Positions 26,320-39,493 of a stretch of DNA of 64,000 bases are shown in pieces; position 1 is the stretch's first letter, and each line of letters opens with the position of its first letter. The notes under the pieces are model-generated. The model did no database searches. It had not been told where the DNA came from and saw nothing but the letters and a program-made list of their open reading frames with translations. This DNA comes from Nageia nagi (taxonomy: Eukaryota > Plantae > Pinophyta). The translations under genes were made by a program, and so were the position numbers. Where the stretch lies: assembly GCA_050084985.1 (NCBI GenBank), contig JBITNC010000002.1, positions 21,576,001 to 21,640,000 on the forward strand. The letters are read 5' to 3'.

Positions 26320-28400
26320 ATGAAAGCCTAAAACCAATAAAAATGGACATCAAGCTTTAACAAGTGCATCTCAAGCATCAAATCAAATTAGAATGAAAGA
26401 TCTTTAGAGGAAAGTATTTGATATTGAATTTAATATCTTTCGCAATAGAAAAGTCAAGACTATGATGGCGTTTTCACCACTCCTTATATGAAGAGATCCT
26501 CAATTTTTCCTACCACCCAATTTCAAGACCCTAAGTTTGAGATGTTCAATGGAGAAGGAGATCCAAAGCAACATATTATTAGCTCATAGGAGGAGTGTAT
26601 TATAAAATTGGAAACTAAAAATAAGTTGATGGCCAAATTCTTCCCAAGATGTCTAAAGGGAGATGCTAGTCAATGGTTCTACAAATTATCATATAGATCC
26701 ATTAATTCTTTTAGAGAGCTTGTTAAGATTTTCATGGACCAGTACAAATACAACATCAAGCAATAGGTCAAGTTACACTATGCACTATGCTAAGAAATAA
26801 ATTAAACATTGGAGAAGTCCATCCCATGCTTCAAAAAGGTATGAAAATCTACCAAATGTAGATTAGATGAAGATCAGATCGATTGGAATATTTTAAAATT
26901 CTATTATTCTTATTTTAAAACAACATGCTATAGATTATGAAGTTCTAGGATTTAGATCTATGATTGAAAAAGTGTTAGCTAATGAAAAAGTATTGTTAGA
27001 AATTGACACATTGAAATATGGATCTACAACATATAATAAATAGCCAAGGAAACCTTATTATAAGAAAGAGGAGAAAGTTGTTAATATGGTTGAAGCATAT
27101 TCATTAATAAGATATGCAATGCAAAGGGAGCAAAGATTCACTTTTCTAGTCCATCCAAGGACCATTCTTATAGATCTCATTAAAAAAGGATTTTTGAAAC
27201 CTTTAGAAAGAGGACCACAAGATGACAATGTGGAAGGAGGAAATCAAAACCACTATCATGCATATCATCAAAGAAGGGTTCATTTAACAAATATATGCAA
27301 GCAATTAGAGTTTTCCATATTGGATCTCATTTCCCAAGGTAAATATGAAGTCTAAGAATAATAACAAAGGAATGAACCTAATTACCAAACTGTCAAAATA
27401 ATTACTATTGATGAGGAAATTTATGCAACCATCAAGAGAGGACGTCTTAATGCCATTCCAAATCTAACAATACATGAAGAAGTAAGAATTCCTTTAGATC
27501 CAAGGTCATGTAATATGTCAGAGTAGTTAACGAACACACAAGAAAAGATTAGTTTATTTGAGCTTATTCATATTTTCAAGCCACATAAAGAGATTTTGTA
27601 TGAAGTTTTCAAACTTGAAAAAGTTCTTATTGATATATTTTCTTCTACTTTTTTTGATAAAGTGCATTCTTGGAAATACTGTAATATGATAATATTTCAT
27701 GAAAAAGAGTTTCTTAAACAATAAATGATTAATGAATTTTTGTCTCTCTATATTAAAACATCTATGGTAGATCCAAGATTAGGTGTCAATATTTGTTCCT
27801 CCAAGTTTTTACAAAACCTTGAAGGTAAAGGTGTCAAAGTACCTCCTTTAAATGATCCCACACTCAAAATACGGGGTTTGATAATATCTTCAAAAGAGCA
27901 CTTGGAATAAGTACTTTACTTATTCATCTTGGGCTAAAGGCACTACAACCCTCATTTCATGTCATGAATGGAAAAATAATATATAATTTGCTATTGGAAA
28001 GGCTTTGGATCCATGACATGAAGATGTTTCCTTCTATGTTACATAATTACCTTAAATTTGAGCTTTAGGGAGAGATCCATACGATGTAAGCAGATCTAGA
28101 AGCCTATGAATTTTGTAATTTGGTAGATATAGAGGTGTATATATTAGATATCCATTATATCGATTTGTTTGGATTTCCTATTGAAGAAAAGTAGTTAGCC
28201 TTAGTTAGAGTAGAAAAATAAGTGAGATTTATTGAAATTGGACCATAAATGTACAATATTCAAAAATTGAATCCCATGGTGCTAGTAAAGGGCTTGGGAA
28301 GACCAAAGATCATACACCATAAAGGGTGCATGCACCCTATAGAAGGGTGCAAGTATTGTACATCTGATAAGAACATTAAATATTCTTGCTCTATTAGTAT
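26320..28400 (+). mobile_element. Tat/Ogre-lineage gypsy gag-protease remnant
   Basis: Motifs PKFEMFNGEGDPKQH, LMAKFFPRCLKGDASQWF, MVDPRLGVNICS and YNLLLERLWIHDMKMFPSMLH. 26350-26465 also matches 4585-4703. Confidence 0.75.
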
Positions 28401-28727
28401 CTTGATGTAGTCTCCTAGCCTAACACATGATGCCTTCAGTAGTAATGAATTATATTATCATGGATTGAATCTTCTCATGTAGTCCATGATAATACAATTC
28501 ATTATAATTCATAGGTCTCTACACATGTGTGGTTCTTACTTTTATGTCGATCATAGATATGTTCATAGGATGTAAATACAAATATGATCTGATTTCAATC
28601 CCTACAAGAATATTATGTAAATAAATATTTTGTACATCTTATGTGCATAGATAGTGCATCAAAACATTATTAAATCTATACATATATCAATTTTAATTAT
28701 AAATCATGATGTTATTTACAAACTATG

Positions 28728-31700
28728 TGTAAAAACCAAAAACTCATTCATTCAACTAGCTTAGGTGACTTATGATGATTTTTCATATCTTGCAACTTAT
28801 TATGATCACATCAGCCCATCGACTCTGCATGATAGCACTTACATGATCATTTTTGGTAACTTAACCTTGTGTTACCACTTGATCAACCCTAACCCCTCTG
28901 ACCTACCGATTAGGTATAAAATCCTAACTATCATACAAGTTGGTCACTATTTAATTATAAAAATTAATTTAAAATCATTTCTCCATCTCCTGCTAATGAA
29001 TATCTCATGAGTTCTTTCATGATCAACCTTTTTTCCATTGTGTGCACTAACTTTGACAACCTTGTACATCCCATGTGAGTTCAACCCATCACTTCCAAGG
29101 AAAAAAGCGATATCTTATCCTCATCTTGCAAGGGAATCTTAACTAAACTCATGTGATTTGGATTTTTATTTGGACTAACATTATTTCAAGTTGTTCTGAA
29201 GGAAATTTAATTTCCTTAATGTTGTAATGTTGCAATGTTTTATTTGTTTGGGTTGAGGGATTTTATTCACCAACTTTAGAGTGGAGGTGCATCAAAACAT
29301 TTGGTCAGAATCCCCCTTCATATTGCAACTTGCAGCACCATAGATTTAATAATACATTTCTATTTATTTTGAATTCTCCCTACACAACATTTGATTAGAT
29401 TTTGTTTGTTAGACTTCTTTAGCAGATAGGCATGGTGTGTGATCCTTTAGTTGCTGCAACACTCCATTGCTTACAACACTTGCCTACAATATTTTTTCAA
29501 TGTCCTCTTCTGTAGATCTATACTTCTTCAATGACTACTACAACATGTATCTAATTGGATTCATAGAGCTTCAAATCTATAAATGGGTGATTCGACTTTA
29601 GTCTTATTTGGCTTGGTAGCTATAGCCTCATGTTGTTGGCCCGATGAATGCATAGTCCTTAAGCGAATGATTGTAGTTGTTATTTTTGCAGCCCATGAGT
29701 GCCATAATGACATCACTTTATATGATTTTATTATCCTACCTTAAGTAGTTCTATGTGTTTTGGTGATACCACTTTATTGTATGAAGACTATCACACTTTG
29801 TCTATGCATGGTGGTGATGGGTATCTCTGTTACATTGAACCATCACTTTTGTATGTGAAATCCTGTAGTGTGTAATCCATTAGATGATGTTTGTAACTTA
29901 CTTTTGGAGAAATATATAAAATATTTTATCCATCTTTTATTGTTTTTTCATGAAGATTTCATTTCTTTATGGCTATATGTTGTATTTTCTCTTTACGGGC
30001 TAGTTTGTATGAGAAACCACTTCTAGATCCTTCTAGGAGTGATCAAAATCTCTGCCATGATGATTTTTAGCTATATGGGATTATTTTAATTATGTGGTTA
30101 CTTGTTGGTTTCCCATTTTGAGTGAGGGATTCAAAGTTCTTTATGGTTGTATCAAACTGCATTTGTTGATAGGGTTAGTTTACTTTCAGAGGGAATGTTA
30201 TATATTTCTAGAACTCCTTTGTTATGTGATTCCTTCTATTTTGGATTCCAAAACACACTTATCAACCTTAACTCATGGACATGCTATCTTGCTCTTGAGC
30301 CGTATGGAGCCTTTTCTACTTTAGTTCAAATTTTACCCTTCCAACCTTCAAGTCATCTTTTGAGAACTTTACCATTGGATAGAGAATCTACTACTGATCA
30401 TTTTGATGGGCGAGAGTGTCAAGTTTCATCGAGATGTAGAGATATTATGCACTCTAGACTTTTTCTTGCACCTATCAATATCATCATCCTTTGGACTACA
30501 GATTTCACTTGGTCTCTTTCTTCGGACGAGCTTAGAAAGCCTTTCCATCTGAATTTATTTTGGAACTATAGATTGATGCTTCAGTAAATTAGAAATCTTA
30601 ATTTGAGGCTTTCAAAGCATTATTCTATACATGTTCATTAACTTGTGATTAGTGAACCTTGAATTTGACCAAGTTATAGCCCACAAATATGACCCTGAAG
30701 ATAAGTTAATTGATCTCTAGACTTATCAGTTTTAACGTAGATTTGATAGAGTTCAAGAGTCTAGAGCATTGTAAAGCTCCAATATTTTCATTTTGGTTAG
30801 TTTCTAACTCTTTTGGAGTTCTATCTAGAGCTTATTGATCATAAACTATCGGAACCCTTGTGTTTTCACTCCAATGAAGATAGAGTTATATTTTGACGAA
30901 GGTCCAAAAAGTTTGAGAAGTTAAAAAATTACCGAAACCTTGACACTTCCATTAACACTATCTGAAAAAGATGGTTTCCATCAGAATTCCTTAAAATTGA
31001 CTCATTCAATATTTTGGCTAATCCTAGCTCATCAAATTCTCCTGAAACTCTAGCTACTTAATCAATATCAGAGCTTGGAATCCTTCTTCATGAGTTCATC
31101 AATTGGTGGTTGATGAACCTTTAAATTCTAACATGGTATCAGGGCCTACTTGATCTAGTTGGGTTCAATGATCCTATTTTGATGATGTGATGATATTCAA
31201 GGGGAGTAATATCATCTTCAGCTCTAGCTTAATTTCTCCAGGACCTCCTATATGCCTTCCATTCAATGTTCAAGTCATTTTCCTCCTACCATGTACTTCT
31301 AATTCAACCGTGTTGTGTGCATCAAAAGCACTGTAACAACACTTTTCATTAGGAGAGCAATTGATCATTTTGGATGCTTTGTTTGCACTAATTTGGCACT
31401 TTTCAATGAAAGTACAATTTGCAATTTAGTCGAGTGATTTATTTACACTAATCAGGTTGTTTTGTATGCCTTAGTAGCACTAAACCAACATTTTTCTTTA
31501 GTATAGGAGAGCTTCTTTTATCAAGTGCTTTTAATCTAGTTTTGTTAGGTGCTTCAATTGCACTAAACCAACACCTCATTAAAGGAGAGCTAAATTCTAT
31601 CAGGTGCCACAAATGCACTAGAATCGGCTATGATGGGTGCCTTTAGATGCATTGAACCATCATTATGCATCAGAGAGGAGTGAAAGATTTTGTGGGGTGC

Positions 31701-34700
31701 CTTGCATGCACTAGAATTGGTTGTGTTGGATGGTTCACAATACACTTAACCAACACTTTTCTATGCAGCAAAGCAATCTTTTTTCGGTTGCCTCCAAATG
31801 TATAGATTCGACATATTTCAAAAATAGGATTACAGATATGTGTTGGGTGACATTAGTCGCACTAAACCAACACTTATACAATTATGAAGCATAGAATATT
31901 TTAAATTAAGAGGGAGATTGAAGGAAATTTAATTTCCTTGATGTTGCAATGTTTTATTTATTTGGGTTAAGGGATTTTATTCGCTAATCTTAGAGCATGG
32001 ATATGCATTAAAAATTTGGTCAAAAGCCCCCTCCATATTGAAACTTGTAGCACTATAGATTGGATAAGATATTTCTATCTCCCTCTGACTTCTCCCTATG
32101 CAACATCTGATGAGATTTGGTCTATCAGACATCTTCAACAGATAGGCCTGGTGTGTCATTTTTGTTGCAACACTCCATTACCTATAGTACTCATCTGTAG
32201 TTTTTTTCAATATCCTCTTCTGCAGCCTTGTACTTCTTAAATGACTAGTCCAACATGCCTTTGATTGGATTTATATAGCTTTAGCTCTATTAAAATTTGA
32301 TTTGACTTCAATCTTATTTGGATTGATAGTTGCAACCTCATATTGTTGGCCTAATGATCTCATGATCCTTAAGCAGATGGTTGTAGTTGTTGTTTATGTA
32401 ACCTATGTGTGCCATAATGACATCATGTTGTATGGTTTTACTGCCTTATGTTAATTAGTTCTATGTGTGCTAGTGGCACCACTTTGATGTATAAAGACTA
32501 TTGCACTTTGTCTGTGCATGGCGGTGATGGGTGTGTCTGTTACACTAAACCAACACTTTTGTATGTTAAAGCCTATAACATGTAATCCATTAGATGATGT
32601 TTGTAACTTACTTTTGGAGCAATATAGGAAATATTTTATCCATATTCTAGTGTTGTTTCATGGAGCTTTCATTTCTTTATGGATGTATGTTGTGTTTTCT
32701 CTTTATGGATCTATTTGTATGAGAAAATACTTCTAGATCCTTATAGGAGTGATCAAAGTCTCTTCCATGGTGATTTTCAGCTATTTGGGATCATTTTAAC
32801 TATTTGGGAACTTTTGGTTTCCCATTATGAGTAAGGGATTCAGAGCTATTTATGGTTATGTCAAATAGCCTTTGTTGATAGGGTTAGTTTAATTTCAGAG
32901 GGAATGTTATACATTTATAGACCTCCTTTGTTGTGTGATTCCTTCTATTTTGGACATCAAAATACACTTATCAACCTTAACTCATGGATATGTTTTCTTG
33001 CTCCTAAGCCTTATGAAGCCTTTTCTACTTTAGCTCAGATTTGACCCCTTCAACCTTCATGTCATTTTATCAAAACTTCACCATTGGATAGAGAATCTAT
33101 TGTTGATCATTTTGATGAGTGAGAGTGCCAAGTTTCATCAAGATGTAGAGATATTATGTACTCTATAATTTTTCTTGCACCTACTAATATCATCATCCTT
33201 TGGATTGCAAATATCACTAAGTCTCTTTCTCCAAATGAGTTTACAAAGCATTTCCATCCAAATTTATTTTGGAACTATATATTGATGCTCTAGCAGATCA
33301 AAGCTCTTAATTTGAGGCTTTTAGAGCATTGTTCTAGACATATTCATCAACTTATGATTGGTAAACCTTGAATTTGACCAAGTTATAGCCCATAAAGATG
33401 GCCTTAAAGAAAAGTCAAATGATCTCTAGACTTATCAATTTTAACAAAAATTTGACAGAGTTTAAGATTCCAAAGCATTGTAAAGCTTCAATATTTTTAT
33501 TTTGGTCAATTTTTGACTCTGCTAAAGTTTTTGGCTAGAGCTTGCTGATCATAAACTATCGAAACCCTGATGTTTTCACTCTACCAAAGATAATGTTATA
33601 TTTTAACGGAGGTCCAGCAAGTCCAAGCATTCCACAAACTGCTAGAACCTTGGCACTTCCATTTACATTATCTTATAAAGATGGTTTCCATATAGATTCC
33701 TTTAGATTGACTCATTTGAATTTATGGCTAATCTTAGGTCATCAAATTCTCTCGAAACTTTGGCCATTCAATTTGTATCTGAGTTTGGAATCCTGTCAGA
33801 TGAGTTCATCAATTGGTGGTTGATGAACCTTCAAATTCTAACATTCTTTATAGTTTTTGGAACTCATGCAAGGGCATCTAATCATATCCTTTTGGGTCTT
33901 TTTTAATCATCTTATGCATGGTTGCATTTCAATATATTATAGACTAGTCTCTTGTAGACTCAAGCTAGATTTAGTTTAGTTTATTTAAATAATTAAAAAA
34001 TCATTTTGTATTTGTTTAGTTTATGTTAGCTTACATCATAGGCATTGAGCTATTTTTGAGTACCTTATTCATGCAAGGCTTAGGGGCTTACAAGCAAACA
34101 TGTCCATTTTTATTGGTTTTAGGCTTTCAAGGAATTAGAGCTTAGAAACTCCCTTAAATCTTTATTTTGTAGGTTATTTGGTATTTTAAAAGCTTCATAA
34201 AGGATAAATATCTAACCCTTCTCTTCAATTTATCTTCTTATCATTTTTCATATAATTACGAAGCAATATTTTAGATATTACGAGTGGGTATACAAAGACC
34301 CTTAGATTTCTCATATTTTATTTATGTTTGACCTCAAGTGGTGGGGTATTTGAATGCCTTATAAATTGGTGATCATGGTGGGACCTCCCTTGGTCCAACA
34401 CTTGCAATATTATAGGAGTTCTCTACCCTTTTTCCTTATTTTTTTGGGTGTTTCAGTTGATCCTTTATTCCTACATTTTGAGACAATTTTGTTCACTAAC
34501 TCAAGTTAGTTTTTTCAAGGAACCTTCTTAACATGGTCAAGATCAAACCGTAAAAATACGGAGTCAAAACTTAGAAAAATAGCAATCGATTTCTTGCAGA
34601 TCGATTGTCAAAGTCTAACTAGTTCATTGCAAACCAATTACCTTCTAACTAGCTTCGAAACCATTGATTAAGATTTCAATGTTCAGATTTAGCATTCGGT

Positions 34701-35520
34701 TCTAACTATGTTGATCCCTCTTTATCAAATAATCTTTTCTATACTTATTAGATCAATTTTAGGAATTTAGCTAGTTTATCTTATTTTCATGCAAGTGATG
34801 TAGTTGTTGAGTTCTGTAACTAGGTGACAGTAGTCCCTTGCCAACATTTTTACGCCTAGGTTGTACTTGTATTATTTTTATTCAGCATTTTATACTTAGT
34901 TTTTCAAAAATATATGGGTACCACTTTCATTGATTAGCTGACTATTTGATTGATCTTCTAGTTAGTATTACTAACTAGTTTGTAGTATACTAATTAGGGT
35001 CAAAGCTTGTAAACCAAGTATGGCACATGATGGGAGCTTTGAGTGGGAACCCCTAGGCCTGTATCTCACTTTTATCATGCTCTAGTATATATTTATTTGC
35101 TTTTGTGCATCCTAGGATTTTTTCTTTTGTTTACTTTTCTTCTTTCCTCTTAGTGAAAATAAAATTGAAAAAGAAAATCTTCTTTTATCTTTTCATTAGT
35201 GAAAATAAAAAATCATACTTGGGGGGAGTGTTTTCTTTTGAATATTATTGTGTGCTTTTATTTTTAAAAAAAAGAAAAGAAAAAAGCAAAACCTTGGAGG
35301 GATTAGTTGCATTTACACACATATAGTTGCATGTTATATTTGCTTTATTAAGCTTGCATTAATCTCACAAGAACTTAGGATTGAGCCAGGGAACATGGTG
35401 TGATGCACCTAAAATGACCTCTTCTCTTTTGGGATACCCACGTTGCAATGTCTAAAATATTGCTTGAAATATGATATGATAAGAAGATAAATGTTAGTGG
35501 GGGGCTCAACACCCTAGTCC
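28728..35520 (+). mobile_element. Ogre/Tat-like 5' LTR (28728-34363, split by a nested element), tRNA-Arg-like PBS and leader
   Basis: 28728-29155 and 33855-34363 align to the LTR at 13029-13999. TGGTGATCATGGTGGGAC at 34367 resembles a C>T-decayed tRNA-Arg PBS. Confidence 0.7.
29197..33843 (+). mobile_element. Non-coding, non-autonomous LTR element with ~1.93-kb LTRs and a 785-bp internal domain (LARD/large-TRIM-like)
   Basis: LTRs 29197-31133 and 31919-33843 both run TGAAGGAAATTTAA...AATTCTAACA. PBS TGGTATCAGGGC at 31134 and PPT AAGAGGGAGA before 31919. No clean TSD. Confidence 0.88.
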
Positions 35521-35572
35521 CTTAAGGCCCTAGAGTGTGCACAAGGAAAGGTGTTAAACCTCCTTGATGGAA

Positions 35573-36660
35573 TGTAGAACCCCTATCCCACAATTAAATG
35601 GAAAATAGAAAATAAGGGAATGCCTACAATGCAATGTGATATGCTCACACTATGCTAAGACAATTATAATATGATAAAAAGAAGCTAAACTACCATGAAT
35701 CTATCATGGAAATCTACTACATGGTCACATAAATGCAATAGATAAGGATACAAGTGCTCCATTGCTCCAAGATAGCTCCATGTTCTTTCCAACACCTTCA
35801 TGAATGCTCAAAATCATTTCAAAAGGAGTGCTAAGATGTACTATGGCTTGTGGATGTGCTCTAGGGTTTGGTTGGATGAGATGGTCAACTGGTAATGGCT
35901 AAGTTGGAATGATGATATGATGGCTCAAGTGAAAATGATTAGGAGGGAAAACGAATTTCAAAATTGACTTTATAAGTTGGGTGTATAACTAGTGGGCTAG
36001 CTAAAACCAACTCATAAAGTCAACAAAGGCTATGATAGGATGATGAGATGAGGATGATAAAACACTAATGATGGGGGGGGAAAGGATAATTTTGAGGTAT
36101 CTACAGATGCCCCCTTTTGAGGTGAGTATTGTAAGGTGTGAGACTCTACTCAAAAGCTAGCAAGGAAGATGATGATGATGAAAGGATAAAATACAAAATG
36201 ATGAGAAGATGAAATGATAAAATGATGAGAAGATAAATCGATGAGATGATAAAATGATGATGATCAATGATTGATGATGTTTTAATAACACACAAGGAAA
36301 TGTGGAGGTACACAAACCTACCACATGCTAAGGCTATGCTAGGATGCTCATGAATTAAGGTGAGTCAAGGATAACTTTTCACCATGCTCAATGAAAGTAA
36401 AGATCTTCTAACTATGATCAAAGTGATGTGAGTGCAACATGCTATGATATAAGTCGACATGGTCATGTTGAGGGTACCTATGGCTATAACACCTTATGAT
36501 GCCAACACTATCATGTTGTAATCAATTGGTACAAAAGCAAAAAAAGATAAAATATGATATTATACAAGAGGTACCTATGGCTATAACACCTCATGGTGCC
36601 TACACTATTGTATCGTAACCAATTGACACAAAAGCAACTATTGATCACAATAATGTAACC
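35573..36660 (-). mobile_element. Related gypsy 3' end in reverse orientation (LTR 35573-36105, PPT and 3' UTR repeats)
   Basis: The minus strand reads AAAAGGGGGCATC then TGTAG...CTACA. GTACCTATGGCTATAACACC repeats are the reverse complement of 12760-12890. Confidence 0.6.
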
Positions 36661-37089
36661 TAAGGGTTTGGTATCATAAGTTTTCCATTGCTTAATAATA
36701 ATAAGGTTCTTGAATGAGAAGAAGGTGGTGGGACAATGCGCTCATGGGGTTTTCTACTCAATCTTCGAGTTATAGGTTGGTTCCTATCTATTAAAGAGGT
36801 CAAAAGTAATAGGAAAAAGATAAAAACCTAATTACTAAATAGGAATATGTAAAGAACATAAAAATGAACTAAACTAGTTAGCCACAACTTCAGACAAAAC
36901 TTCATGCATAACAATCACAAGATAAGATAACAATCACATAATGCAAAGGGAAAAATACCTCAATATTGTATTATCATATATGAAAACAATTCTTGCAATG
37001 GGAAACTTTGCTAATATGTTTGACCTTATGGACTTCAATTACTCCACTATTTATAGTGTTTCCTTTGCAAAATGGGTGGTTTTCCACCA

Positions 37090-39393
37090 TTAATGACTAC
37101 AATAGAATTTTTTTCACTTTTTCACTTATTATAGTTTTGTCCAAATGCTATTACAAGCTAATTGATGATATCCTTTTCATATCGATTTGAATGTTTATGC
37201 TCTGTTATCATTTCATGTCATGTTCATCGATATCTGTGGTCATGTTAATCATGCTTGTCTATGGTGTTTTGCATGGGCATGCATGGTTGCCCTATCGCCT
37301 TTTCACTATTGTCATTTTATCAAATTTTTATCATCTTTTTAAATTTTATTCACTTACCTTTGGTAATACTTGTAAATATGTGAAGTTCGAGATTCATTTT
37401 ATTATTTTTGTCCATTTTATTTTACCAATTATTTGTTTCTTCATTACTTTATGGTCAAAATTTGTTGTAAACCTCTTTTTATCAATTTTTATCTTGGTAA
37501 TCATTGTGCAAATTTTTTCATATTTATCTTGTAACCTTTTGTGATCATTTTTGCCATACTTTATTTCTTTGTTATCATATCTTATTTGCTTGTAATCATA
37601 TCTTATTTGTTTGTACTTGTATTTTGTTTATTTATGAGCATATTTTAGAACAATCTCATAATTATCATGTTGTAAATTATACATATTGTGTTATTTATGC
37701 CCTTATCATTACCTTTTTCCTTTTATCATTTTGTAGTTTATTATTTATCCCTTCATCATCATTATTTATCTTGATCATGTTGCTTGTCAATTACATTATA
37801 TTCTGGTTATTTATTAATTTAAACTTTTTTGTAAGTATTCCCTTTTAATTTGTTGCATAGATATGTGTGTTAATCAATTAAAATTTATCTAGCATTATTA
37901 TATACATACATACACATGGTTTTGTTATCCATCCATACATGTGTTCATTACATCACATCCATACATCAAAATAAAAAGATGCATACATATCAGTATAAAA
38001 ATCAATCATATCACATCTCATCATCGCATATATCATCATAAATTATATCACCATCTATCATAAACTCATCATTATGAGAAAATCCATAGCATACATCATG
38101 TCAAATCATCAATCTTTATAAACATGTGAACATAATCAAGTCCATAATCATGCATCAAATGATAGTCCATCACTTGATATATAATAGTCCATAATAAATT
38201 TTTGATCATACATTAGAGTGTCTGACAAAATACATTAGTGCATAAATATGTCTAAATGGATACATATACAATAATTAGCACACACAAATGCATATCCAAA
38301 GCATCTAAATTTATCCTAGCCCTAGGGGTTATCTTATCAACCACTTTATCCCTCGATGGGGGTCTCATCATCTCCACCCTATCTCTAAATTTTTCTAGGG
38401 GGAGTCTTTGTCTTCCCCTCCCCCTTTACAATCACCCCTGATGGGCCTCTTGTACCATGGCCTGCACTTGGTAGCACTTGGGGGATCCTGAATGCACTCA
38501 TCCTATATGAGTGTGCTTATTACGAATATTACATAACTATGTAGGTTGATCTGCTACCCCCTACCTTGTGTGTTTTATGAGTCCCTCTCCTTTTGGACAT
38601 GGTAGTATGTATCTTGCTCCTGTTTTCGGATGGGGCACCTGCTTTGATGGTGGCTCAACAACTATAATCCCTGGTACCAAGAGCTACCCCTATAAGGCTA
38701 GTGCTCTAGTTGCCTCCTCTTCCAACTATCGAGGACTTCTAATATTTCTCTTATGGTATAATGTCTACCTTCTCTATTTGTGTTAACATTGAAGCCATCT
38801 ATGATCCTACCTATATTGCTCAAGAGTCCCTCTCTCATTGCATAGCATCCATCAATCCCATTAGGCACTGCACCTCTACTTGGCTACTTGCAGTTGCACG
38901 TGCATGTTGTCCCTATCTCTATTCAAAGTATCATGCTTTATTATCATTATGTCTCACTCCTAGCGAGTATTATCCCTCTCTAATATGAAAATGTCTCTCT
39001 TAACAAAATCTACATCCTTCTCACCCACTAGCTGTGGATCTTGGGCCTCTTATCCCTTTGCTATGGCATCGAACCATCTATCAAAATCAATCCCACCTAT
39101 GTCTCCACCACCAATCCCTACATCTCTTGAGCCTTGTTGTGTTCGCCATGCCTCTAGCTATGGCTGAGTAGCCCTTGCTATCATGGGTCCTCGTGCCTCT
39201 TTCCCTCCCTTCGATAGCTCATGTGACCTCCCACCAATCATGACCTACTCCTGCTACAAATCTCACCATGCATCATATGTAGTTCCATCCTAATGTTATC
39301 AATGTTGAGTACCTCATCAAGCACATCATCAAGAGGTGTGTACCTCCTTCGAAGTAATGCCCCTTGCACCTTCACTCGTCGATACAACTCAAG
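37090..39393 (+). mobile_element. Second copy of the Ogre/Tat 3' region (homologous to 7808-10046), cut by the gap
   Basis: Collinear and moderately diverged; paralogous ORF-track peptides, e.g. MDTYT..STHKCIS. Confidence 0.85.
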
Positions 39394-39493
39394 NNNNNNN
39401 NNNNNNNNNNNNNNNNNNNNNNNNNNNNNNNNNNNNNNNNNNNNNNNNNNNNNNNNNNNNNNNNNNNNNNNNNNNNNNNNNNNNNNNNNNNNN
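39394..39493. other. Assembly gap (100 N)
   Basis: Run of N. Confidence 1.

Noticed and set aside
30094-30587. 146-aa ORF within the large LTR
   Set aside because: Interrupted by stops in the sister LTR (32860-33300) and has no recognisable domain.
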